Shown here piece after piece: positions 33,796 through 46,900 of a stretch of 48,729 bases of DNA. The notes beneath the pieces are model-generated. The model saw nothing but the letters and a program-made list of their open reading frames with translations, was not told the DNA's origin and searched no databases. The stretch's first letter is position 1. Each line of letters opens with the position of its first letter. A program made the translations under genes and the position numbers. Source of the DNA: Gonapodya sp. JEL0774 (taxonomy: Eukaryota); NCBI GenBank assembly GCA_027604505.1, contig JADIIX010000072.1, forward strand, positions 62,001 to 110,729. Reading direction: 5' to 3'.

Positions 33796-36700
33796 ATGAC
33801 CTCCCGCATCAAATCACGCCGCCGACTGCCCATACGAGAAGATGAAGGAGAAGATTTTGGGGAGGTGGTAGTTGCGGGAACTACAACGCAATCGGACGCC
33901 GAGGAGGAGGACGAGGATATTGCGGATGAGTTTTTGAGCGAGGAGGAGGAAGAAGGTGGGGAGGAAGGTGAGTTGTTTCTGAGAGAAGTCATGTCGTGAG
34001 GGTAGGAGTGGTGTTAGGAATGTGAATCAGTTGGGAATGCTGCGGAGCTTGGGAGTTGGTTTGGAGTGGCGATTGTGGTATTCAGGTTGTTCCATCATGC
34101 TAATGAGTATTTTGATTTTCTTAACGAACTAACTTTGACAATCATTTCCTCTGCAGATGCCGATGCTCTCGGCAGACGGGGTCAGCCGAACACCGATGCG
34201 ACAGCCTCTGAGACAGCAGAGACGCAGCCGACCACAACATCAGGCGATGGGGCACAGGTCCCCGACCTAAAAGTGGCCGTAGCAACCCAACAACGTGACG
34301 AAAATGTCACGCCTAACGTAGATGCTGTGTCGACTCCTCCACCAACAACCTCGGATATAGACCATCAAGTCCCGGACGAGACTGTAGAGGACAGAGCCGC
34401 TGCGGGAGAAGAGAATAAAGCAGGAGAAGAGAACACGGCACCTATATCTTCTGTGGTGGAGTCCTTTGACGTTGGGGCTTTGGACCAGAACGATGATGAT
34501 GTGCCCACACGACGGAAATCTACTGCGGCGGAGAGGAAAGAGCGCAAAAGACAAACTCAGGCGACATGGGGAGAGAACGGGAGGAGGAGACGGGAGGGGG
34601 TTACGTCGACACTTGGGGGAGCAGAAGAATCCAAGGCGTGGGGCGATAGTGCGGCCACGGAATCTGTCACGGACGGGCAGATTGGAGACGAAGCCTCGTC
34701 GAAGCTCACACAATCTGTAGATCCGGGTCCTGATTTCGCACGCCGTGCTCCAGTGGTTAAACCGCGGTGGGGATTCCATGACGACCGAGGTTACGAGCCA
34801 CCCCGCCGTTGGCGTGGCCGTGGAACGAGAGGCCCTGCAGCGTTCTCGGATCGCGGTGATAATGCAGTGGAGGAGGAGGATGAGGCAGCTAGGTCGGAAG
34901 CACCGCCCGACCGGTTCACGTCTCGCGTTGGCAGTGCGGGTATCTTCCAGCGGGATGATGAGGCGCTCCGGGAGCCGGCGGGGACTGGAGTGAGAGGTGG
35001 ACAGACTGATGGAGCCGGTCAGATGAGGGGCGGTAGAGGTAGTCGGGGCTTTGCCCCTTGGGACCGATCTGGCGGTGATAGGGGCAGGGGTCGGGGGGCT
35101 GGTAGCTTTGGCGGGGACCGCTGGGCCAGTGGCAACGGTGGAGCGTTCGATCCATTCCGGTGAGTACACCTGTTTCGTTTGGTAATGCGGAGGACTTGGG
35201 CATCACTTTGAATCTCGTGGGTACTCTTTTCTCACTCTCACGGCCAACCATTGGATATGCGGCCCTCTAAATAATTCAGGCCCAAACGTTACGACCTATG
35301 GGAGTCCCCCGTTGGACCCGATGGCGGTCCGGATGGCGGAGGCCGCAATCGTTGGGGCCACGACAAGTTTGAAGAACTACAAGATGAGCCTGAAGATTCG
35401 CGATTCACACCGGATGGGGACAGATTCCAGTGGGGTAGAGGCCGGGGTCGGGGTAGGGGCCGGGGAGGTTTCAGGGGCGGAGGATTCCACGAGAGCGGGA
35501 GGGGAGCTTCGAGCACTGGGAATGGAGCAAGGTCGCATCGGCCTCCTTCCAGCTTGTCGGGAGCAAAGGATGGAGGAGGAAGTGTCACGGACAATGGAGG
35601 ACCAGTTTCCAGTCAATCTTACGCAAGGACAGTCACGGGTGGACGGAAGGAAAGGTCAAGGGGTCAGGCATCCACTCCTCCGTCCGCTACCTTCGTGCCG
35701 CCACCGGAGCCGATGCCAGGGGTGCCGCCTGGTGATTCTAACACCACGTATGATGTAATTGTAACCGGCTTGGGGCAGGACTTGACGAATGAGAGCGGAG
35801 CGGCCGTTACTGTTGATGCCGATGCTGCTTCATCGACAGGTTGGAATCGTCTCCCGGAAGCCGATGAAGCGTCTGGTGCGAACGGTTTGCCTGGTCAGTT
35901 GGAAGGACCTGGGACAGCTCCAGCAGACAGCAAACCTGGCAAGACAGACGTACAAATGGATTCTTCAACTAACATAGATCTGTCTTCGGCTGAAGGACCT
36001 CATGAAAGGGCTCGTAGCAGGGGACGAGGTCGAGGCTTTGTTGAAGGTTGGCGTGGTACATTCAGGGGAGGAAGGGGAGCATTCGAGGGAGTGCGTGGTG
36101 GTTACGAAAGAGGACGCGGAAGCTACGAGAGGGGTACGTATGATAGCAGCTACAGAGGCGGTCGTGCTAGATATGAAGGAGGACGGGGGGGGTTCGAAAG
36201 CGGACGTGGGCGTTTCGAGGGAGATCGTGGGGGACGAGGCGGCCACGACAGAGGTCGTGGAGGTTTTCGTGGAGGTTTTGATAGTGGTGGCAGAGGATTC
36301 AGAAGTGCTGCACGAGGTGGTTCAAGTCGGGAGGGGAATACCAACCCTTACCAACAGACCAATGGCCACGGCGCTCAGGACTGGACGCAGTTTAAACCAA
36401 CAAAGGAAGCAGCATCGGGAAATAATTCGGAAATGGATGCGACCGCGACGCCATCTGAACGCAAGGATCCAAAGTCAGGATCTGCGGTAATTGTGCAGTC
36501 TGATCTCAATTCGTCTGCAATTGGCAGCAAGGAAGAGGAGCCTGTTGTGGAGTTCAGTGACTTTGTACGTGGGGAAATGACGCCTAAAGTACCTCAACAG
36601 GATGAGACATCGAGCAAATCAGGCTGGGGAGATTTCTCCACCGCGCACGTGGATGATGGTCCGAAATGGGACGTGAGTACAGATACGGAACCTGCAGTCC

Positions 36701-37548
36701 CGTTGGAAGAACCACAGCGGAGTGTCGAGAAGAAGCGATACAGCAACAAAGCAGGTGCGGAGTGGCAAAGCTACGGGCAAGGATATGGGCAGGCGCAAAG
36801 AATTATGCCGACACTACCTACGCTTGGTGTGACGCGGGGATCTCCAGCGTTGAGGAATGGTGTGTGATTGTTAAAGTTTCTTTTGAAAGGTCAAGGCAAC
36901 AGAGTTCTGATGTCAGCCAAATCTGCAGTTGATGCCCCCGAGTTCACGCCGACAAGTTCTCCCGACAATGTCTTTCCGTTTGAACCTGTGGTAGCTTCTG
37001 AGGGCAACTGGTCCGGTTCTATTTCCAACTCGTCAACTCGTCGCCGGGATCAATCGTGGGCAAATCCGGCTGCTTATGTTCCACCAATTGCGTCCTCAGA
37101 GATCTCCCCTGCGTTTCCCCTTGGAGGTCAGATGGTCGTCCAACCAATGATGACCGCAACAGGTCAAATGGTGCTGATGACAGAAAATGGACTGATGATT
37201 CCAGCAGCCATGCCGATTGGGGCCACCGCCGGGGCCGCACAAGTACCCGGCATGTATGGGATGCAAGGAATGGGACAAATGCAGAATCTTCCGGGATTGC
37301 AGGATTCCCAATCTCAGCAATTCTACCAAACAACATATTACTCTACCCCGAACCCCTGGGGAGCCAACCAATATTTTGATCCCGGTTCTTCAAATGGGAC
37401 CACATATTACCCCCCAACTGCATCCACAGGGTTTTTCCTGACACCACAAAACTCAACACCAAATCCTAGCGAGGTCGTTGCTCTTCCTAAACCGAATCCA
37501 GTCAAACTTTCTGCGCCGGTGAAAGCAGATGCAGATGCTCCACAGTGA
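33796..37548 (+). CDS. CASC3: CASC3/Barentsz (Btz, exon-junction-complex) domain protein with RGG repeats and a PAM2-like motif
   Basis: Basic then acidic N-terminus. The two Btz/SELOR half-motifs are PVVKPRWGFHDDRG (~34750-34791) and NRWGHDKFEE (~35347-35376). Extensive RGG/RG tracts, SAVDAPEFTP (36922-36951) and a Q/M/Y-rich C-terminus. Confidence 0.7.
36010..36320 (+). repeat. Degenerate ~21-nt (7-aa) coding repeat GRGx(F/Y)E within the RGG box
   Basis: Translation GGRGAFEGVRGGYERGRGSYERG...GGRARYEGGRGGFESGRGRFEGDRGG. Confidence 0.7.
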
Positions 37549-37709
37549 TGACACCAGTGTTCGGACTGGGAGTTTAGATAAGGTGTAGGCTTTAAGAGCA
37601 ATCAAAACCAATTAACTTGAATGCTACTCGGTCCATACAAGAAATGACGTGCACTTAACTTGATTCTGAACTCAGCCTCTCGTTCCTCGATTCGCAAGCT
37701 CTTTGCTTA

Positions 37710-40700
37710 ATGAGCTCAGATGTTTCCCTCCGACAGTTTGGGAATGGCAGGACGATTTCAGGAGACGCGCTTTCAGAGGCGGATGATCTCTCTGCAGCAA
37801 GCTCCCCTAGCGTCGGATCGCTGCAACCGATATCCCTCCGACCTGCCATACGGGCAAGAAGGGATGGATCATCATTGTCCATCTCATTGAGCTCTCTTAC
37901 AAATGAGAGAAATCGACCGTCGACATCGTCGACATTGGGCCATTGTTCAGTGAAGACACGAAATGAAGGGAACTTCAGGACCCTTAATGCGGACTCAGAA
38001 CACTCTTCAATGAATTTTCACTCCACGCGTGGGCAAATGCCTCCTTTGGTGTTGCATAAGTACTTGTTAGTGGATGAAGTGCCTGGGAAACTGCTCGACG
38101 AGAATCGTCAAGAGTTCCAGCCCCTTCGCCGCTCACAGTCATGTAAAGAGCGACCAGCTGTAAGATGGACTCCGAGTAAAGTCCACGGCTTCAAGAATGA
38201 CACTTCCTCGAATTGTTTGGTTCATTCCGGAGTGCTTACTACAACAGATAACTTTGCCGCTAGTCTCTCTCCGGGGATAAGAGCAAGTCATTGCCCACAC
38301 GAGTCGCATATAAACAGTGATGTATCGTCGCTTGCGTCGTCATTTCGACATTCGCCAGATCGTGCCTCCGTTTCCGGCCCGCCATTAGACATACCAACCC
38401 CAGGCAGCGTGTCGTCTACACTATCCAAACTCCTTCAATCTAGTCCACTGAGCTGGCCTCGTCGCAGCAGTGGCAGCATTGTCGATTCCTCCGGAGATTC
38501 AGTTGACTCGGCGACCGGTCGATTTGCATTTGCACCCCCCAATTCAAACCGTGATCTGGCAAAGCCCGTGGCCCCTGTACGAAGCTCGAGTCTTCCTGTC
38601 TCTGTCTCTTCTGGGGCATCACCGAACTCGCCTGCTGCCAGCAGTGTGCGAAGATTTTACGAAATGGTGACTAAGGCAGGCATTGTAGACGATGCCGACA
38701 ACGAAGGTGAAGATAGAGTTCCGCCGTTAGTGCAGGGACTGGAGTCATCAGTCTTGGAAGTCCAGCCGATGAAATCAGAATCACGAACATCGCAGAAGGA
38801 GCTTTCAGCGACGCAAGACCCGCGGCCACCACAGCGTAGACATTCAGCTATCTCCACCTATTCTGCGTTTGATATGGGCGCCTCTAGTGTCGCAATATTG
38901 GATGAGCGCACAGTTGGAATTGATCGCACGGAACACGTTCTGGAGGAAGAGCTACTGCTGGCGAAGAATTTCGCGAATGCTGAAGTGGCCTTAATTCTTG
39001 ATAGTATGGTTCAAGATACAATTTTGTGGTCGGCCATCGCTGGGTTCAAGGAGAGACGTGGGGACTTGTCCGATGAGAGCAACAACCTGCCTGGTGGTTT
39101 CATGCGCTCCCAGAGCTGGCCTATGACGCATTTGTGTGAGAGAACTGACTTCAATTGCTTGAATTAACTCAGCAGCTGAAATCATTTCTTACTTTTCTTT
39201 ATTCAGCTTTGTCTAGGCTCTCATTTCTGACGAGATTGGCGCAACTCGCCCGAAAAATATTGGCGGTCTCTCCAGAACAAATCTCGGACATAGTAGTTTC
39301 CCAAGGTATATCTGATGCCTTAAAGTTACTTATGGAGGAGCAAGAACACCTGCTCATGGCGGCTACCGAGACCTCGGAGCTTTTGATGCGATTGATGTAC
39401 GCATTCGCTCCAGTTGCTCGAACGGTGGACTCACTGGTGAGTCACAGTCACGAGGAAAAAGTTAGCGGCAGGATTTACCTAGGCATGCTAATTATCGCCT
39501 TTAGAACCGTTATCGGAAGTTGCACGAAATTCCAGACGATGAATCCATTCTTGACGAATCATCCACATCAAAGGGGATCACTGCTGAGCCCTTGAGATCC
39601 AAAACCTCCTTGCCTTCGTCATCGCGCTCTCTCTATAGTTCCGGAGACGATTTGGAGCACTCGGGACTTTGGGACCGCCGATCATCTCCGAGAAGGTCAC
39701 ACGACCCAAGACTTCGAACGTCAACAACCACATCGCTAGCTAGCTCTTTCGGATCGTTAGTATCGAAATCGGACATGAAGACACCAAATTTGCTCGGTGA
39801 TAGTCAGAAAGCGATTGCGTTGAGAACTGGTGTACGGGAAGTCCGGCGTCATCGTCCATCGTATACTGACAAATCGAGCGACACTGCACTGCAAACTGCC
39901 GATGACATAGATTCCTGCACCAGTCAAGTTCAGAGTGTTGTCGGAATACGGTCACCAAATGTTGTCTCAAAAAATTTCACTGCAGATCCGACAGTTCCGC
40001 TTCAGACAGAGCAGTGCCCAGACAGCAAGGACCCGAACGAGACCAAATCAACAGCGCAGAGTGCACAGACGGCGAACATTTCCGGACCTAAAAATAGTCC
40101 AGACGGTTCTTATCATGACCAAACAGAACCGTCTTCGAACGAGCATAAAGCAGATACGAAGTCAAAACAGAATTCTACTCCTTCTGCTTCATCGAGAATC
40201 ATCTGGTGGAAAAAAGCACCCACAAGGTTTGTATTGCGGCACCCGCCTACCTCTTCGGAAGCACAGCTGATCATTCTACTAGGGCCGAAGAACTTCGTCG
40301 ACCAAATGCGTTGTACCAAAAGGTGGTTCTGGCGTTTCGGTGGATTTTGCGGTGTTCCCAATTATCCACGCATCTACTATTTATGTTGACAGAGTCCGTC
40401 AATTTGGAAGAGCATCCGGTCTGCAATTTCTCAGCTCCCGTCCACACCAGCAGGTTACTCTCACGCAAGCAGCAGTCCGGCTTTGCCTACGAGTGTCAAT
40501 TTCCATGAGACCAGCGCCAGTATGAGTGTTAACAATGCAGGTGACACTGCGTCGCAACACGGCTCATCTTCTGAGAGCACGGCCCCCTCACCTACTATCC
40601 CACTCACTGTGAGTTGATTTGATTTGTCTCCACAATTTTGGAGGTTGGGCACCTCCGACAAATAATGTACTCTTCAGCAACCACGCGCCAGCATACCCCC

Positions 40701-43700
40701 ACCTTCTGCAAGCGTTATTCTTTGTCGCATTTGTGAAGAGTACGTTACTGTGTCTGATCTCGAAGATCATACGAAGCTGTGCGTGTTGCTCCGCGAACGA
40801 GATCTTGCTACGGAGGGCTTCAACCTCAAATTACTTCGGATGAGCGGACAGTTTCAGGTTCATGCACAGCGTTTGGTAAGTTTACTTGGAGCTCTATATA
40901 TGTGGGTGAATCTAGCAACCCAAGTTTGCAACGGGCCGAAGGAAAAATATGCGGAGGACACCAAACTTCGCAGCGCGAGGATTGCTCGCAATATGAGCTC
41001 TTATGCATCGAGGCGAGTATGGTGCATAATATCTATAGTTCTTCATCAAACTGATGAGATGAGAACAGATCAGCTAGAGTGGACGAATCTCACTCCAAGG
41101 ACGCAGTTGCCAAGTGCACCAGGTACCGACTAAAAATAGGCAAATACCTCGATTGTGAGCCCAACAAGCTTCTCGCTTTGGACAATGAAGTTCTCACGTT
41201 ATCCATGGAGCTCGCATCTGTGGTATGTGGCACTGTGCTTTGGGTGAGGTGGAAGTAGGAGATAAACAATCCCTTTAGGTGGAGGCGAAGCGAGAATCAT
41301 TCATAGCGTATCGCATTCAGTATTCGGGATTACGCTATGCAGAGCGTCAGTCTGTGGATCTGCGAAACAATTCTACGTGTACCGCGATGCCGAGTGTGGT
41401 CTCACCTCGCAGGAATCGGCCGAATCTTTCAATTGACCCCAACACTCGCGCAGGCTCGAGTCTGCTCACTCCCACATCTGTAACTGACTCTAACTCTGCC
41501 ATCACCTCGGAAGTCTCGACAACCAGCATTCGAAAGGCTGGAAGCACATCTTCGGTCGCCTCACCCACAGACCAAGACGGGGGAACTGGAATATCAAGGT
41601 ACCAAAAGCCAAAAAAAATTTCAATATTTGCTGCGATGCTTCGAGGTGGATTGCAGACACGCAACAATAGTGCTCAAAGTGATACAGTGCGTGTGTTGCT
41701 TTTATGTACTGTTTCACCATTCAACTGAAACCAGGTCCAATCGAAACGACAAGCTTATCTCACAAAAGCGCCGCTCTCGGACCGCTCCGAGCATTAAGGA
41801 GTTTGAGATAATCAAACCCATCAGTCGAGGTGCCTTTGGGTGAGGTTTCGCCGTTGAAAATCATGTACTTACATGCATGTCCCTAAATTGGATCTTTTGG
41901 TTGCAGGAAAGTGTACCTTGCTCGGAAAACAACGACGCAGGATCTGTATGCGATTAAGATAATGAAGAAGGACAACTTATCGAGAAAGAACATGACCTCT
42001 CACGTTCTTGCCGAGAGGAAGGTCCTCGCTCTTGCTAGAAACCCATTTGTTGTTCGGCTTTTCTACGCTTTCCAGAGCAAGGAGTATTTGTACCTCGTCA
42101 TGGAGTACCTGATTGGTGGTCAGAGTCCACTCCCACAGGTCAAAACATATAAATTCTGAGCATCCGTTTTTCACTCTGCCCCGATAGGTGATCTCAGTTC
42201 GCTGATTCGTGCATTTGAATCTTTTCCGGAAGAAATGGCCAGAGTTTATATTGCAGAGGTCATTCTCGCCTTGGAGTATTTGCACGCCAACGGCATCACA
42301 CACAGAGATCTGAAACCTGATAGTGAGTCAGATTGACATATGAATCTTTAATGCATCTCACCTTTTCACGCTTCAAATGCGTGTAAAGATATGCTCATAA
42401 ATGGCGAAGGGCATATAAAACTGACAGATTTTGGGTTGTCACGCATTGCACCCATCGAAGGTAAATTTGAAAGTGTCGTATGGTAGCCTTGGGTTGCGCG
42501 TTCTCATTTTATTCCCGCAACAAACCACCTGATGCTGGTATTTTCCGCAACGTCGTAATGTTGTTGGCACTTTCCTGGAAGGTGAGATGAGCAAGGAAGC
42601 ACGCATGCCGAACTCGATTCCATCAGCAATTCGGAATGACGAGAAGCCAGAGGATGGAAAATCAGGAGCTGCTGTAATGACGACCTTAGTGAGATCAATA
42701 TCCCGTCCGAAGAGAAGTGGCGCGAAAGGAGCTATAGGGACTCCTGACTATTTGGCCCCGGAGCTTCTACTGGGATTGGGACACGGTAAGTCCCATTCAT
42801 CGATGGCCAAAAGAGTGTTTTTCCTCTACATCATGCCTATGCAAAGATGCTGCCGTTGACTACTGGTCGCTGGGATGCTGCCTGTATGAGTTCCTGGTGG
42901 GAGTACCACCTTTCTCTGACGAAACACCAGAGCTCATATTCCGCAATATCTTGGAATGTTGTGAGAACCCTCCACGTGATTGTGAAACGAATGCTGCACA
43001 ACTAATTTCGCATTGTTCATCAGCAATCACGTTCCCTGATGGTATGTCGCACGCAGCACGAGATTTGATCTCAAAACTCCTGGAGCCGGACCCGAAGCTC
43101 CGATTGACACTTTCAGGTTAGATCTGACGGATTTTCTTTTTGTCCAAAAGCAATATCTTCGCTGACAAATCCCGGCGCTAGGTGCGAGGTCTCATATTTT
43201 CTTTCGTGATGTCAACTGGGATGAACTTAGGAACCAAGATGCTCCTTTCGTTCCAAATCCGTCCGATCAGCTGGATACGAGCTATTTTGATCGTACGTCT
43301 TTGCTCCGTTATGTGCGGCCCAATCCAATATCGATGACGCCATCACGGAACTTCACAGCACGAAATGAAAGCCCTGATCCCATGGCACAGCCAATTTCCC
43401 AACAAAATCTCGAAAAGAAAGTTGAGAGGTCGGCAGTACTTGAAACCACTGGCAATATTGAATCGCCACGAAGTGAAAGAACAGCTACGAGCATACTACC
43501 CGCACTGACTCGTCGCGATTCGACGGCACGATACTATGAAGACTCGGAGGTGGTGCAGTCATTGCACTCCCCAAAAAGACAACGTCGGTGGGGCTTTCAA
43601 AAGGGGAAGAGCAGGAGTGTTCCCGAATCACCCATCGATAAATCTATGAAATCTGTTTCCGATGAATTCGAGCAATTTCATTTTGTGAACGTGAGCTGGC

Positions 43701-43759
43701 TCGAGCAACAGAATCGAGAAGCTGTTAAGGGGGAGGCAGGAGATTCTGTCTGTACGTAA
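37710..43759 (+). CDS. RIM15: AGC kinase of the Rim15/Cek1/Greatwall(MASTL)/IRE family
   Basis: Spliced motifs: C2HC finger [20 protein letters not shown] (40723-40782), [67 protein letters not shown], insert, [35 protein letters not shown] tail [17 protein letters not shown], and [16 protein letters not shown]. Confidence 0.88.
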
Positions 43760-43919
43760 TGAATGTTCATTCCGGTGATGTCCGACACCAACTGATGCAG
43801 AGCTATCATCGCATGCGATCCTCCCAACCCCGAGTGTAGTCATACGAGCCGCTCGAAATGTCGAGTGAGAGGCAGGTAGATCTTTCTTTTGAGTTCATAT
43901 TTATATACATATGTAGTGG

Positions 43920-46900
43920 TCACTTCGTATTGTCCCGCAAAACTTCATCAATTTCCTGAAAGGAGAGCTCCAAAACATTCAATTTTTGTTTGAGCGAGTC
44001 TGACAGCCATCGGCGCTCTCCAACTGAACTCGAATTTCGATGAGACGAGTGCTGCGTTTTCTTTCGTGGGCTCGCGGCCGCCATACCATCAAGGACCCGT
44101 TTGCGATTTCCATCCGAGTGTGGAGACTTACGCCCGTTTATCGATGCTTTGCTGACAACCGCCCATGTGGATACAGACCAGTCCCGGAGTCTCTGAGGGA
44201 GATGCTCCGAGTACTGGGATCGCAGAAGATCCCAATCCCGGCGTAAGAAAAATCCGTCGAGAGGATGTAACTCCTCAAATTTGTCAGACAGGCAACGGAA
44301 TGACCAATCACGCAACGCAATTCCCACTAAATGAAAAGGGAAGGGCGAGCTCCAACTTCTCATCCACGCCTGGTGAATCCTTTCCATCGATGCTGCAAGG
44401 TCTTCTGAATGGATATCAATCGATCGAGAAACCTCCGAAGCGAAACCCAGATACAGTTTTGATAAAAACCTATCAGAGACGATAAACGTAAAATTAGAAA
44501 GAGGCGAGACATGACCCGAACAAACAATGCAGCAGAGAGCGCAAATTCTCACATGCCAGGGTCCACTTCAGACAGCTCATAGTCCCCCGTCAGGACAGGA
44601 GGGGCAGCCATAGAGGGTAGAACATTGTCCTCGAAGAATCGACGCACTGCGTCTAAATTTGATGTCGAGTTCCAATCGAAACGAGGCATCTCGGAACCGG
44701 GCGCTGTTTCACCAGCTTCGGAAAATTCTTTTGCAGGATAGCAAACCATTTGCAGACTGGGGTCCGCAAGCAGAGCAGCAACTCCTCGGATCTGTTCGTT
44801 GATGATATCGATCAGGAAGTTGGTTACCAACACGTGTTGAGCCGAGAGTGATTCTGACCATAAGCAAACGTACTTCGACATCAAGTCACGCAAAGGGAAA
44901 AAGATGTTGATCTTTGACATACCAGTACTAGGTGCTCTCGTGATTAAATCCATCAACCTTTCACACACAAGCTCAAACGTACTGACGAATGCGTACTGCG
45001 CAATATCTACATGACATTATAACGTCCGGGTGAGGGAAAGCTGAAGCACCAGCGTGCCAAAAAATTCTTTGCGCAAATCTACTCACCGAAAAGTGTCCTC
45101 CTGACAAGACTCGGAGTTGCGGGAATATATTGCATCGCGGCGGACAAATCATCCTCAAGTTCCGCTAGAGCATTCACAGCTAGGCTGACATCGTTTACCT
45201 CTCCCACCTAGATGATGAGGCGATTTTCAATACTCCAAGTGAATGGTACAGAGACAGCAGTGATACTTCACCTGCAGTTCAAACCCAAGTACCGCTCCAA
45301 TAGTTCCCGTTTTCTGAAACGACTGGAGTTCGGCGTGCGCTCGTGGGACCAGATCTGTGGCAAAAGCTGACGGGGAAGTCGCCGAATCCCCGCTACTCTG
45401 ATCCGCACAGTGCAGCACGAGCACGGGGACGCCCCCAGATTTTGGTAAAGCTTTCAATGCCGAACGAAGACGCGTTCTTTCTCTGTTCCAGAAAGTGTTG
45501 AAATCCATGAGTCGATCCTTGCAATATGTTGAAAAGAGGAACACGAGAAGGGATGCCCCTGAGGCCAGCGACTCAGGATTTTCCTTTGAGTGAAGCAAAG
45601 CGTCAACATCGGAAAGAAACCAATATACGTCGCTCAATCCCACGAAAGCCTTTCCGGGGAATAGTAAAGTACATACTTTTGGGGTGTTGGCTGCGAGTTT
45701 CTGGATGGTCATCTCGTCAATTACCAGGGACAAACTGAGCTCAGAATATTCCGAGGGAGCCCAGTTGTGTGTCCGAAAAAGCGTCCGAACAGCGGCCTTG
45801 CCCGCAGGAGTTTCCAAAACTTCGAGCCGAGGCAGGTCATCCTCGGCGAGAAATTTGTGGCGGAACCATTCAACCCGTCTCCGATCCTGGGAAGTCATCC
45901 CGGCTGGATCCGGTAAAGATATGACAATCTTAACGGAATGATTTGTGCTGCCTTCATCTTGACTCGAAGCGCGGGCAGTCAAGGAAGAGTAGACAAGTGA
46001 AAGAATATCAATTTTCTGCCAGTAGACATTTGAGGTCACATCATTGAGCTATGAGGGCGAAGGAGCGGCCATTTGAGAAAGTCCTTGCTTGCGCGCCGAG
46101 GGGGATTCCGTGACTCTCACTTTTCTGGACGCATCTCCGTTCGAGTTACTTGCCACGGCGATCGGTGTGATAAACCCATCGGATCCTGCAGACTCTTCCC
46201 CTCTCATTTCCGCAGGCTCGACCAAACCCAAACCGAACCCGCTCATTCCCGAGCGATAATCATCCTCCAACATCTGCAAGTCCCTCCGCTCGGCGAGTCT
46301 TCTCTTCCACAATCGAAAAGGAGTCCGCATATCCATCACGTCGCGAAAAACCTCGACGCATGCCTCTAGAGATATGTCAGCCAGTTCAGTCCGTGCCAGA
46401 GGCGTAATCACCTCGGAATCGACCACATCTCGAACACTGTTCATGAACATTCGACTGTACTGGGCCAGTTCGCCGTCCTCCCGCTCCGTCTGACGTAGCG
46501 ACTCGACCAAAGCATCGCTGGCGGCAAATGAGACTTCCAGGTGAACTTGCTCCGAGACTATGGTGTCCGCAATCCGGCGAGCCTCCGCGACAAGTTCGTT
46601 CACAGAGAGACGCTTGAGTGGCGGAGATTTAGAAACCCCAGTGGCGCTCGTGATCCCATTAGAGAGACTGTGTACAGGCGTTGAAGTCGAGGGAACCGAC
46701 GGTTGAAATGATTTTGGCGACGCAGATGTGGCAGGGAAGTCAAGCAAAGAAGGTGCATGGCTCTTCTGCTCCGCTTTCCCGTTCACCGCGTGCCGCATGG
46801 GCGAGTCCCCACTCTGCGACCGCTTCGTTCCAGTTGCAGGCGACGTTACAGTACCAGCACCCGACACGGCCTGTCGAAAGAGCCCCACGGGAACAAAAGT

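Noticed and set aside
18500..36200. GGTTCGA T-loop-like words (~18509, ~22838, ~36192) as tRNA genes
   Set aside because: All lie within coding exons and lack cloverleaf stems and an A box.
14474..43759. CEP57, CFAP45, cyclin B and a Greatwall-like kinase as a cell-cycle/centriole gene cluster
   Set aside because: They are interspersed with unrelated genes, I saw no shared motif, and there is no synteny evidence, so chance adjacency is sufficient.
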